Shown here piece after piece: positions 50,225 through 59,281 of a DNA stretch of 64,000 nucleotides. How positions within the stretch are numbered: position 1 is the first letter of the stretch; each line of letters begins with the position of its first letter. A program made the position numbers and the translations under genes. The notes below the pieces were generated by a model that ran no database searches, was not told where the DNA came from, and saw only the letters and a list, made by a program, of their open reading frames with translations. This DNA is from an uncultured Gammaproteobacteria bacterium (GTDB taxonomy: Bacteria > Patescibacteriota > Microgenomatia > CAZETR01 > Amesbacteraceae): assembly GCA_964502885.1 (NCBI GenBank), contig CAZCXU010000001.1, forward strand, positions 93,352-157,351. The letters are read 5' to 3'.

Positions 50225-51724
50225 ATGGGCAAAAAAGTAGTCTTTGGGTTGGGTTTATGGGTGGCGGTGTGGGCAAGCTTTTGGTTTATGGGGTGGAAGC
50301 TAATTGACCCTGATTTTGGCTGGCACTTACAGATTGGAAGAAAGTTTTTAGCGGGAGAAATGGTAAAAACTGATCCTTTTTCATATACCATGCCGAGCTT
50401 TCCGTGGATTGATCATGGGAGGGTAACTGATATGGCGATTGCATTTCTGTACGACGGGTGGGGAATGGGAGTCACGGCGGCGGTGTTTGCAGGGATTGGT
50501 ACGGCTGCGTTGATACTGATTATTCCTGTGGGTTTGTGGGTGTGGAGTGTGGTGCCGCTACTGTTTGGCTGGGGAGTATTGGTGATGCGGTCGGGAGTGC
50601 GGCCGCAGATGGAAGATTGGCTGTTTGTGGCGATTATTTGGCGTGCTGTTGAGGCCGGCAGGTGGAAGTTTTTAAGGTGGTTTTTGCCTGTTCTGTTTGT
50701 CATCTGGGTAAATGTTCACGGGGGCTTTTTGTTGGGGTTAATTATTGTGTGTGCGGGAGTGGCGGGTAAGTGGTGGAAAAAACGAAGAATTGTGATATCT
50801 GATGTGATCGTGTGGATACTTTGTCTGTTGGGGACGGGGATAAATTATTATGGATTCAGAATTTGGGAGGAGATTTGGTTGACGGTTTCGGATACGCATT
50901 TGCGGGGCTCGATTGTGGAGTGGCAACCATTTGTGACTCGGGTAGAACTGGGGTTGTGGTTGCTTGGCGGAATGGTGTTTTTTGCTGGTAAAAAGTTTTT
51001 ACGCAATTTATCTGCGAGCAGGTTATTAATTGTTGCAGCGGTGACGGCTGCCGGTTTATCTTCATTACGGCACGCGCCATTTCTAGTCATGATTCTGGTG
51101 ACTTTGGGGGCAGAAATATTTAAAAATTTTTATGATGAGATTAAGTCTGATAAAGAAAAGGTAAAAAGAGCGAAGGTTTTTTATGGTGTGCTTCTAGGAT
51201 TGGGACTAATAATATTTGCAATGGAGGGGGGGGTGACTTTGTGGAAAGCCGGGCGCGGCAGACTTCTAAATTATCCTGATGGAGCAATTGAATATCTAAG
51301 GAAAAGTGAGATTTCAGGAAGACTTTTTTCCACTTATTCGTGGGGAGGATATTTGATATGGAAGCTGCCGGAGCAGAAAGTGTTTGTGGATGGAAGAATG
51401 CCGAGTTGGAGGTGGAAAGCTCCGGAAGGAGAAAGCGATTGGGCTTTTGTGGACCATGAAAAAATTCAATCAGGGGAAAAAAGAATGGAGTTGTTTGATA
51501 AATATAATATCAAGACCGTGTTGTGGGCGAAGCCGGCAGAGAAAAAGGGGATTACTGCTTGGTGGCAGAAAATGTGGGGAGGGCGATCGCAGGTTGGATT
51601 TGATGAAGCGTTGAAAAGCGAAGGATGGAAAGTGGTGTATGAGGATGCTATATCGGTGGTATTAACCTATCCAGTACCAGTTGACAAAAAAGAGAGAAAC
51701 GAGACAGAGTCCCAGAGCGGATAA
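50225..51724 (+). CDS. Polytopic membrane protein, possible GT-C-type glycosyltransferase
   Basis: 499 aa with at least 10 hydrophobic helices in the N-terminal 340 aa and a soluble C-terminal domain. It lies in a neighbourhood of glycosyltransferases. Confidence 0.5.
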   Translation: MGKKVVFGLGLWVAVWASFWFMGWKLIDPDFGWHLQIGRKFLAGEMVKTDPFSYTMPSFPWIDHGRVTDMAIAFLYDGWGMGVTAAVFAGIGTAALILIIPVGLWVWSVVPLLFGWGVLVMRSGVRPQMEDWLFVAIIWRAVEAGRWKFLRWFLPVLFVIWVNVHGGFLLGLIIVCAGVAGKWWKKRRIVISDVIVWILCLLGTGINYYGFRIWEEIWLTVSDTHLRGSIVEWQPFVTRVELGLWLLGGMVFFAGKKFLRNLSASRLLIVAAVTAAGLSSLRHAPFLVMILVTLGAEIFKNFYDEIKSDKEKVKRAKVFYGVLLGLGLIIFAMEGGVTLWKAGRGRLLNYPDGAIEYLRKSEISGRLFSTYSWGGYLIWKLPEQKVFVDGRMPSWRWKAPEGESDWAFVDHEKIQSGEKRMELFDKYNIKTVLWAKPAEKKGITAWWQKMWGGRSQVGFDEALKSEGWKVVYEDAISVVLTYPVPVDKKERNETESQSG

Positions 51725-52852
51725 AATAAAAAGGGGGAGGAAAGTTCGAAGAGAAGAAGTTTTTGTGGCAAGAAATATAAATAAGGGAAAGGAGACGCTT
51801 TGAAAGCGGGTAAATGCGGCCAGATCGCGAACTAACAAGGGGGTAAGAAAGATCGATAAGGATACGCCCCAAAGAACAAGGGGAAGGGTTTTACGGCTAA
51901 GATATAACAAGATGATCACAAAAAAAGCAACGAGGTTGTCAAGCTGGGAAGCGTGAACAGTATGGAAAGGTAGGTCTATTGTTTTCATAAGTAGTATGAG
52001 GTTGAGAATGGGGGCGGGAAGAACCATCGGACTGTACCAAACTGATTGGATGGCGAAGAAATAGATGGGATTATGTGCGGTTAAGTAATTGAATACCATC
52101 CAAACCAACATGGGTAGGCCGATGATTGTCGGATATACAACAGCCGTAAGCGGTTTAATTTTGGTTTCGACTATGGATTTAATCAGAATGAACAGGAAGA
52201 TGAAATTGACCAGAACAACTGTTCCTTTGGTTACATTTATCAGACCCAGCAGGATGGACGCGGGGAGGAACTTCTTTTGTAATAGGAAGTAGCTAAACCA
52301 GACAAGGAACAGCATTAGCAATGATTCCGCGTAATATGAGCGGAAAAAAATGGAAAAAGGGAAGACAAAAAGCAGCCAGGAAGCGCGTATGGCTATTTGT
52401 GGATTGTATAGCCTTGAAATTACAATCATTAAACTGAGAAAATTGCATACAAGAAGGATTTGAGTGAGGATAAAGGCGGCGAGTAACGAGTCTTTGAAAA
52501 TGACTTTGGTGAGCCAGCCTAGTAGTGGAAATGCAGGGAAAAAGGCATACGAAGGATTTTGCATAAGACTTTTGTCGTTGAGTGATTGCTCTGTGGGAGA
52601 AAACGAGTATCCAGAATCAATAATTTTTAAATACCATTGGGCGTCAAACTGGGCCATTCCGTGAAGAAGGTTGAAACCTTTTCCTGTGATGCGGGGATCT
52701 GTGAAGTAGTGGTGGGCATCATTGTGGTATGAAAAGCGGTTGAGGGGGATGAATGTGTGGAAAGTGCCGATAAAAAAGTAAAGAAGTGTATTGAATAGCA
52801 TAAATAACAAAGTGTGGCGAATCAGTATGTGTGGGGTTGGGGGGCCAGCCAT
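51662..52852 (-). CDS. Mannosyltransferase (PIG-V/PMT_2-like) GT-C membrane protein
   Basis: Contains the first-loop motif FDAQWYLKIIDSGYS, typical of the PIG-V-like family, and about 10 TM helices. Confidence 0.6.
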   Translation of the reverse strand: MAGPPTPHILIRHTLLFMLFNTLLYFFIGTFHTFIPLNRFSYHNDAHHYFTDPRITGKGFNLLHGMAQFDAQWYLKIIDSGYSFSPTEQSLNDKSLMQNPSYAFFPAFPLLGWLTKVIFKDSLLAAFILTQILLVCNFLSLMIVISRLYNPQIAIRASWLLFVFPFSIFFRSYYAESLLMLFLVWFSYFLLQKKFLPASILLGLINVTKGTVVLVNFIFLFILIKSIVETKIKPLTAVVYPTIIGLPMLVWMVFNYLTAHNPIYFFAIQSVWYSPMVLPAPILNLILLMKTIDLPFHTVHASQLDNLVAFFVIILLYLSRKTLPLVLWGVSLSIFLTPLLVRDLAAFTRFQSVSFPLFIFLATKTSSLRTFLPLFILSALGLCLVSLFFVNWYWIG

Positions 52853-52885
52853 GATAAAATTCTACAGCAGTGTGGAGTTGGTTTT

Positions 52886-52981
52886 GGAGAGGTCGCATAC
52901 AGGAGCCTCTATCTTCAACCTCGCGGTTGAAGTTTCTCCTGTATTACTTCCTCTCCTCGTTTCACTTGGAGAGGTCGCATA
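52886..52981 (+). repeat. Two upstream echoes of the 5' end of tRNA-Ser(GGA), the first forming a 71-nt tRNA-sized rod-like hairpin
   Basis: GGAGAGGTCGCATA occurs at 52886..52899 and 52968..52981 as well as at the tRNA 5' end (53101..53114). The first copy also shares the upstream TGGTTTT. Segment 52886..52956 closes with GGAGAGG/CCTCTCC, the same pairing as the tRNA acceptor stem. It contains the nested stems ATACAGGAG/CTCCTGTAT and CTTCAACC/GGTTGAAG. Confidence 0.8.
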
Positions 52982-53100
52982 TCAAACTTGCAGTTTGATA
53001 TAGCTTGCCGTGCTTTGTCAAAAATTGTAAAAATTTTTGAGTCGCAGGGCGCACTATAGCAAGCTATTTGACCTTATTTGTAATAAAATTTACTGGTTTT

Positions 53101-53190
53101 GGAGAGGTCGCATAGTGGTCTAGTGCGCACGCTTGGAAAGCGTGTGTCGCCGAAAGGTGACCGCGAGTTCAAATCTCGCCCTCTCCGCCA
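53101..53190 (+). tRNA. tRNA-Ser (anticodon GGA), CCA encoded
   Basis: The sequence is GGAGAGGTCGCATAGTGGTCTAGTGCGCACGCTTGGAAAGCGTGTGTCGCCGAAAGGTGACCGCGAGTTCAAATCTCGCCCTCTCCGCCA. The anticodon stem is CACGC/GCGTG with loop TTGGAAA, and the variable arm is long. Confidence 0.9.
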
Positions 53191-53461
53191 ATTCGGATTC
53201 GAAAAAAGCTTTTTTAACTCCACTGCTGGTTTGTATTTATGGTGACCGTCGCGTCGAACGCGACTAACGCGCCTCGTCCCGTTAAGCGGGACGCGTGGAA
53301 TCACGAACAAATCTTGCCCTCTTTGGCCAATTCGGATTCGAAAAGAGCTTTTTTAACTCCACTGCTGGTTTGTATTTATGGTGACCGTCGCGTCGAACGC
53401 GACTAACGCGCCTCGTCCCGTTAAGCGGGACGCGTGGAATCACGAACAAATCTTGCCCTCC
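53188..53461 (+). repeat. Tandem direct duplication (2 x 139 bp) beginning in the CCA end of tRNA-Ser(GGA)
   Basis: Unit 1 is 53188..53326 and unit 2 is 53327..about 53461. They differ by a single substitution over about 133 nt (GAAAAAAGC versus GAAAAGAGC). Each unit ends with a degenerate copy of the tRNA 3' end (AAATCTTGCCCTC versus AAATCTCGCCCTC in the tRNA). Each unit contains the palindrome AAAAAAGCTTTTTT (unit 1), hairpin GTCGCGT-CGA-ACGCGAC and hairpin CGTCCCG-TTAAG-CGGGACG. Confidence 0.9.
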
Positions 53462-53470
53462 TTTTAAATC

Positions 53471-53899
53471 ATGTCTGAAGTAAAATTGGAGCATATGCGA
53501 ACAAATGTGAGGGTGGGGGCGATAATTGAGAGGGATGGAAAAATGCTTCTTATTCACCGTTGGAAAAACGGAGATGAATATTGGGTATTGGTTGGTGGTG
53601 GGGTAGAAGAGGGAGAAGATTTGGTTGAGGCGTTGAAACGGGAAGTATTGGAAGAGACCTCTTTGCGGTTGAAGAACTGGGAAGTTGAGATAGAACATGA
53701 AGCAATGGGGATGATGCATAAAATTTTCCGTTGTGTTACTGAAGAAGGGGAGCCTGTATTGGGTGGTCCTGAAAAAGAGGCAGATTCTGATGAAAATAGA
53801 TATGTACTGGAGTGGGTAGATTTTTCTACTATTGCTGAGATTGAGGATATTTACCCGAGAGTCACAAGAGAACTAGCCAGGAAACGCATCGCAAAGTGA
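53471..53899 (+). CDS. NUDIX hydrolase
   Basis: The Nudix box is GGGVEEGEDLVEALKREVLEETSL (GX5EX7REUXEEXGU pattern). Confidence 0.88.
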   Translation: MSEVKLEHMRTNVRVGAIIERDGKMLLIHRWKNGDEYWVLVGGGVEEGEDLVEALKREVLEETSLRLKNWEVEIEHEAMGMMHKIFRCVTEEGEPVLGGPEKEADSDENRYVLEWVDFSTIAEIEDIYPRVTRELARKRIAK

Positions 53900-53925
53900 G
53901 GGGATTGGCCGTAAAATGCATTGAA

Positions 53926-55194
53926 ATGAAGCTACTGACAATTATTGTGCCGGTATTTAATGAGGTTTCCACTCTAGGTGAAGTGAGGAGAAGATTGAAT
54001 GATTTGGTATTGCCTTTTAGTGTAAAAAAACAGATTGTTTGGGTGGATGATAAATCAGCTGATGGAAGCAGGGAAATGCTTTTGAAATGGAAGAAGGAAA
54101 AAAACCGGAAAGAATCTTTTGTGTTTCATCGGAAGAATTCAGGTAAGGGAGCTGCTGTGCAGAGCGGGCTTTTGGAGGCGGTCGGGGATTATGTGGTGAT
54201 ACAGGATGCTGATTTGGAATATCATCCACTTGATATAAAAAAACTGGTAAGTTTAGCAATCAGGAAGAATCTGCTGGCGGTGTATGGGAGCAGGGATAGG
54301 GAGATTAAGAACAAGTATCTCTATCCACATTACTATTGGGGATCACGTTTTTTGTGTTTTTTGATGCGAGTTTTCCATGGCCAGAAACTGACGGATCCGG
54401 AGACTTGCTACAAGCTGATTCATAAAGATGTGCTTAAGTTTATCGGGGTCGAAGAGAAGGGTTTTGGAATGGAGATTGAAATTTCGGCAAAATTGGCCAG
54501 ACTGCGATTGGATATTGGTGAGGTGGGCATTGGATATACACCAAGAAGTTTTTCTCAGGGTAAAAAAATTCGGGCAAAAGACGGGTTGATTGCTATGGGG
54601 CTGATACTGAAGTACTGGCTGTCGGATTTGCATTATGGGTGGTTTGACAGGATTTTGCGAAAATGGCGCAGGGATGCGATTTTTAACGAGTTGAATATTG
54701 ACGAAACTGATGTGGTGATGGATGTGGGCTGTGGAAGGCAGGCTGACTTGGGTTGGAAAATGAGTGGGCAAATAAAACAATATGTGGGAGTGGATATGTC
54801 GGTACCGGAAGTTCGGATCGGCAACATATCTTTACTGAAACGGAATTTAGAAATGGCATTTGTTGTGCCGGATAAAATGCGACCCACGAAGCTGGTTGGG
54901 ATGGCAATTTTGGAGCACCTGAAACATCCGGAAAGTTTCTTAAAAAACTGCCACAAATTATTAAAGCCCGGGGGAATTTTGGCTCTAACCACTCCAGCGC
55001 CACCATTGGCCGATTTAGTTTTGAGAATACTTTCGTGGGTGAAGCTAATTGATGGAGGAGAGATAGACGATCATAAAAAATATTTCGGAATGAGAGAATT
55101 GGAAGAGAAGTTGAAAAGTGCCGGTTTTGAACTGATCAGAAAGAAAAAATTCATAGTGATTTTTAACAACATGGTAATGGCTAGGAAAATATGA
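53926..55194 (+). CDS. Fusion: family 2 glycosyltransferase + class I SAM-dependent methyltransferase
   Basis: The start is MKLLTIIVPVFNE (the track ORF begins at 53896). The GT2 motifs are VWVDDKSADGS and VVIQDADLEY. The C-terminal MTase motifs are VVMDVGCGRQAD and LKPGGILALTTP. Confidence 0.8.
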   Translation: MKLLTIIVPVFNEVSTLGEVRRRLNDLVLPFSVKKQIVWVDDKSADGSREMLLKWKKEKNRKESFVFHRKNSGKGAAVQSGLLEAVGDYVVIQDADLEYHPLDIKKLVSLAIRKNLLAVYGSRDREIKNKYLYPHYYWGSRFLCFLMRVFHGQKLTDPETCYKLIHKDVLKFIGVEEKGFGMEIEISAKLARLRLDIGEVGIGYTPRSFSQGKKIRAKDGLIAMGLILKYWLSDLHYGWFDRILRKWRRDAIFNELNIDETDVVMDVGCGRQADLGWKMSGQIKQYVGVDMSVPEVRIGNISLLKRNLEMAFVVPDKMRPTKLVGMAILEHLKHPESFLKNCHKLLKPGGILALTTPAPPLADLVLRILSWVKLIDGGEIDDHKKYFGMRELEEKLKSAGFELIRKKKFIVIFNNMVMARKI

Positions 55195-56297
55195 AGATGC
55201 TTGTATTGGTGGCGGTGGTGATATGGTCCTTGGTGTTTGTGTATTTTGGTTATTCGGGGATGGTAACGCAGCCGAATGAGGGAGATAGTCTGGCATATCA
55301 TTTGCCGATTGCGCAGATGATTGGTGCGGGTAGCTGGATGGATAGGAGCAACTTTTTGAAACCATTTTATTTTTATCCTGCCATGGGGGAGACGTTTCTT
55401 TCGGGAATAATGAAAGTTGGGTTGCCGGCGAATTGGTTTAACTGGTTGGGGTGGATAATGTGGTCGGGAATTGTCTATGGATTGTTGAGGATGGCCGGAT
55501 TGGGACGGTCTGAAAGTGTGATAGGAGCTGTGGGGGTGGTGATGTGGCCATCTGTGGTGCGACTTATTCCCAATCAGACTGTGGATATATGGATGGGGGT
55601 GTGGTGGGCTGCTGCTGCAAGACAATTGCTTTTACGGGGTAGAAGCTCGCTTTGGGCTGGGATTTTTTTGGGGATTTTGAGCGGGACGAAAGTTTCCGGG
55701 TTGCTGTTTTCTGTTGTGTTGTGGCTTGTGCTCAGCAGGAGCTGTGATAGAAAATTATGGGCAGCTTGGGTGGTAGTGGGAGGTTTCTGGTATATACGCA
55801 ATCTATTACTAACCGGCAATCCGATTTATCCTGCTAGTGTGTTTGGGTTTGTCGGTGATCCCAATTTTCATCTAATGGATTGGTCAGTGGCAAAGACACT
55901 GAGCAGTTTTGCGGGATGGCGATTGTGGAGTAGTGCGTTGATGTCAGAATATCTGGGATGGATGGGTTTGCTTGTGCTGCCCCTGTGGTTGCGGAACAAG
56001 TGGACGCTACTTGGACTTTTGAATTTGGGTGTTTATTTGTTGCTGCCATCGTGGCCGCAAAACATTGTGTCGGATTTGCGATACGCATTTGTGGTGTTTC
56101 TACCGCTGACCGTGGCAATGTGGAAAGAGGTAAAGAAAAGGCGATTAGAAGTGTGGATGGGGCTAATGACGATTTGTATGGCAGTGATGGAATTGACTCA
56201 GCTGGATTTCCGGCCGAAGTTGTTTGTGGTTGGTCTGGCAATTTCGGGATGGGTGCTTTACCGAAGGAGGGTAGATGTGGAAAAGTTTTTGGCATAA
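55191..56297 (+). CDS. Polytopic membrane protein, GT-C (ArnT/PMT-like) candidate
   Basis: 368 aa with about 10 TM helices and an acidic first loop (NEGDSLAYHLPIA). It overlaps the upstream gene by 4 nt. Confidence 0.5.
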   Translation: MKMLVLVAVVIWSLVFVYFGYSGMVTQPNEGDSLAYHLPIAQMIGAGSWMDRSNFLKPFYFYPAMGETFLSGIMKVGLPANWFNWLGWIMWSGIVYGLLRMAGLGRSESVIGAVGVVMWPSVVRLIPNQTVDIWMGVWWAAAARQLLLRGRSSLWAGIFLGILSGTKVSGLLFSVVLWLVLSRSCDRKLWAAWVVVGGFWYIRNLLLTGNPIYPASVFGFVGDPNFHLMDWSVAKTLSSFAGWRLWSSALMSEYLGWMGLLVLPLWLRNKWTLLGLLNLGVYLLLPSWPQNIVSDLRYAFVVFLPLTVAMWKEVKKRRLEVWMGLMTICMAVMELTQLDFRPKLFVVGLAISGWVLYRRRVDVEKFLA

Positions 56298-57816
56298 TTG
56301 TGGGCCGATGCTACTGGTGGTGGTGTGTGCTTTGTGGAGCGTGAGGGCCTTCCTGAATTGCCTGGACTGTTTTGCAAACTTTGGCCAGGACGGGTACCTG
56401 ATTGGGTGGATTTTGGACCAGGCAGGTAAAAATCTCTACGGGTTACATTTGGGTGGGTGGCAGCAAATATTTGGGGGTAACATATTTTATCCGGAAACCC
56501 AGGTTTTGCTCTATTCAGACTTATTTATTGTAACTAGTTTGTTGACGTATTACTGGGGTCGATTGGTGAACAATCCGATGATTTTGACAGGACTGGCGAT
56601 TGTGGGGGGGCAAGTATTGGTGATGGGGATATCGTATATATGGTGGAAAAAAATGTGTGGTAAAAAATGGATTGCGGCGTTGGCTGCAATAGCTTTCGGA
56701 CTGTCACAGGTTCGAATGCATTACCAAGTGCATTTGCAAATGTGGAATATGCAGTATTGGTTGCTGGGATGTTATTTGATATGGATGTGGGGACAGAACA
56801 AGCATCGAAATATGTGGTTGATAGCGGGTTTGAGTCTAATTGGTCTTCAAGCATGGGAGAGTGTATTGCCGGTATATTTTGCGATGTTGATGGTCGGGGT
56901 AATGTTGTGGAGTGGAGAAGTGAGAAAACATTGGAAAACTGTTTTTGTCGGTATTGTTGTGATGGGGGTTATCGCGATGATTCCGCTGTTTGGATATTGG
57001 CAGGTGAGCAATACTTATAATTTCCAAAGAACAATAAGAGATGCCGCTGCGGGGGGAATGTCGATTGATGATTTATGGGGAAAGTTTTTTAGTCCTGGGT
57101 TACTTATACTGGCTTTGATTACTGGTGTTTCCGGATGGAAAATGAGAGGAACTATTGGGAAGCTAAAGGAAATGAAATGGTTGGTGGTGGTGAGTGCGAT
57201 AAGTTTATTGTTGGCGATGGGGCCGGTGTTGAAGTGGGGCGGAAAGACGGTGAAGTTTAATGGGTGGGCGATTCCTCTACCGTATGCTGCCACATATTAT
57301 GTGGTACCGGGGATGGAAGCGTTTCGAACCCCTTCGCGCTGGATTTGGGTCGCCGTCTGGAGCGGGACGGCATTGGGGACGATAATTTTGGCAAATGTAA
57401 AAAATAAGCGATATATTTATTTGCTTATGTTGTTATCCTTATTTTTAGGTTCGAGTATTAATAGTGTTCGACGGTTTCCAATGAGAAAGGACGTTCCGGA
57501 AGTGTATAAATGGTTAACGGGCCAACCTGATGGTGTCGTGGTGAATTATCCGATGATAGTAGGAGAAGATGCGGCTGTGGAGATGAGCTACAGTATTTAT
57601 CACAAAAAGACATTGGTGGAAGGTTTCTCGGGGTTTGCGCCCCCACAGATTTTGTTGATTAGGAATGAAGTGAATGAGGCTTCTGACAGCGGGAAACTAT
57701 TGGAGATTTCAAAAAGGGTTGGGGCAACATATCTGATTACAAACAAACGGGAAATAAATAACGATGTAAATAAGATAGTCTATGAAGATGATATGAACAG
57801 AGTTTATAAGCTGTAG
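56275..57816 (+). CDS. Polytopic membrane protein, GT-C-like candidate with soluble C-terminal domain
   Basis: 513 aa with many TM helices in the first 400 aa. It sits in an operon with the preceding membrane proteins. Confidence 0.5.
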   Translation: MWKSFWHNCGPMLLVVVCALWSVRAFLNCLDCFANFGQDGYLIGWILDQAGKNLYGLHLGGWQQIFGGNIFYPETQVLLYSDLFIVTSLLTYYWGRLVNNPMILTGLAIVGGQVLVMGISYIWWKKMCGKKWIAALAAIAFGLSQVRMHYQVHLQMWNMQYWLLGCYLIWMWGQNKHRNMWLIAGLSLIGLQAWESVLPVYFAMLMVGVMLWSGEVRKHWKTVFVGIVVMGVIAMIPLFGYWQVSNTYNFQRTIRDAAAGGMSIDDLWGKFFSPGLLILALITGVSGWKMRGTIGKLKEMKWLVVVSAISLLLAMGPVLKWGGKTVKFNGWAIPLPYAATYYVVPGMEAFRTPSRWIWVAVWSGTALGTIILANVKNKRYIYLLMLLSLFLGSSINSVRRFPMRKDVPEVYKWLTGQPDGVVVNYPMIVGEDAAVEMSYSIYHKKTLVEGFSGFAPPQILLIRNEVNEASDSGKLLEISKRVGATYLITNKREINNDVNKIVYEDDMNRVYKL

Positions 57817-57845
57817 TCGTCGCAAATACGCTATACAATAATTGT

Positions 57846-59279
57846 ATGAAGCAAACAGTAAAACTGTGGTTTGTGTGGATGGTTGGGGCGGTCATGGTCT
57901 TTGCGGTAACAATGGGCGGGTGCGGATTGGTCGGATACCGATTAATGAGGGCGATATATGACGATCGGCGAGATTCGTTCGCAAAGTATTACCAGGGAAC
58001 CGCCTGGTGCGGAAAAGGGCTGCCATTTTTTGAGCATCTTAAAAAAATATTTGATGGAAAGTATGTAGTATTGCTGCAAAACAATTATGAATTGAGGCCT
58101 ACCGGGGGATTTATGGGAAGCTTTGCAAAAGTGGAATTTCGTGAGGGGGGATTGAAAAATATTTCGGTACAAGATATTTATGAGTTGGATGGAAAACTGC
58201 CCGGACATGTGGAACCTCCGTATCCGGTTCAGGAGGCGTTTGGGCAGGGATGGTGGAAGCTTCGTGATGCCAATTGGGACACTGATTTTGCGACAACGGC
58301 GGCGACTGTGTCCTGGTTTATGGAGCAGGGGGGCGAGAAAGAGATTGACGGAGTAATAGGGATAAATTTGTTTTTGCTAGAAAGGATATTGGCAGCTGTG
58401 GGGGGAGTGGAGGTTACGAGTTATGGTGAGAGGGTTACTGACAAAAACTTATATTCGTTGGCGCAAAAATATGCTGAGACACGCACGCAAGGGAACAAGA
58501 CTGACAAGCGGGGGTTTTTGGGGGCATTGGGGACAGCTCTTTTGGAGAAGCTGAGAGCAGTAGGACTACGAGAGTGGTTGTCTGTGGGGTCTGTGTTGTG
58601 GGGGGAACTGAATCAGCGACAAGTGTTGGTGTGGATGAAAGATGCGGCAATACAAAAAGATGTAGAAAGAATGAGGTGGAGCGGTGGTTTGTCTGAGGGG
58701 TGGGGAGGGGCAGGAGATTATGTATATATAGTAGACAGTAATTTGGGGGCAAATAAATCGGATTGCTGCATCAAAAGAAAACTTATACAGGAGGTGGATA
58801 AGAATGGTGATGGTGTAACAGTGAAGCTGAAACTGGAATGGAAAAATGAAAATGATTTTGAGGTTCCCAAACCGCCAATTTTCTGGGGAGGTAATTACTT
58901 GTCATATACGCGAATAGTGCTACCTAAAGAAGCGGTGAAATTGGTGGATGTCACTGTCGGAGCTGAGAAATTGCGACGAGGAGACGAGAAAGATTTTTTG
59001 GTGAAAACATCATTGCGTAGAGGAATTTCCAAGGAGATATATAAAGTTTCTGAGAGACAGGGTTTTGTGGAAGTCGGTTTTTGGGTAATGGTAAAGGCAC
59101 AACAATTGCAGACTGCCGAAGTGGTATTTGAAAGTGGTAGAAGTCCACGGAGACAATATGAAACGTTTGTGAGAAGACAGCCGGGAATAACTGGTTTTGA
59201 CTATTTGTTGAAGATGGGGGAGAAGGTGCGGGTGGTCACGTATATAGACAAAGATAGTCAATTTAAGGTATTGTGGTAG
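57846..59279 (+). CDS. DUF4012 domain-containing protein
   Basis: Has an N-terminal TM. The hallmark VVLLQNNYELRPTGGFMGSFAKVEF and the downstream DANWDTDF and GVIGINL segments are typical of DUF4012. Confidence 0.8.
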   Translation: MKQTVKLWFVWMVGAVMVFAVTMGGCGLVGYRLMRAIYDDRRDSFAKYYQGTAWCGKGLPFFEHLKKIFDGKYVVLLQNNYELRPTGGFMGSFAKVEFREGGLKNISVQDIYELDGKLPGHVEPPYPVQEAFGQGWWKLRDANWDTDFATTAATVSWFMEQGGEKEIDGVIGINLFLLERILAAVGGVEVTSYGERVTDKNLYSLAQKYAETRTQGNKTDKRGFLGALGTALLEKLRAVGLREWLSVGSVLWGELNQRQVLVWMKDAAIQKDVERMRWSGGLSEGWGGAGDYVYIVDSNLGANKSDCCIKRKLIQEVDKNGDGVTVKLKLEWKNENDFEVPKPPIFWGGNYLSYTRIVLPKEAVKLVDVTVGAEKLRRGDEKDFLVKTSLRRGISKEIYKVSERQGFVEVGFWVMVKAQQLQTAEVVFESGRSPRRQYETFVRRQPGITGFDYLLKMGEKVRVVTYIDKDSQFKVLW

Positions 59280-59281
59280 TA

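Noticed and set aside
53188-53461. Possible CRISPR array, or a CRISPR-like repeat at the tRNA echoes (42975..43110 and 52886..53114)
   Set aside because: There are only two or three copies. The units are either 139 bp with no spacers or 12-15 nt tRNA fragments with irregular spacing. No cas genes are in the window. These are not CRISPR.
53074-53719. ORFs 53074..53310 and 53282..53719 (minus strand), which share the peptide VIPRVPLNGTRRVSRVRRDGHHKYKPAVELKKLFSNPNW
   Set aside because: The shared peptide is simply the translation of the 139-bp tandem repeat on the opposite strand. The ORFs also run antisense through tRNA-Ser(GGA) and the NUDIX gene. I do not consider them coding.
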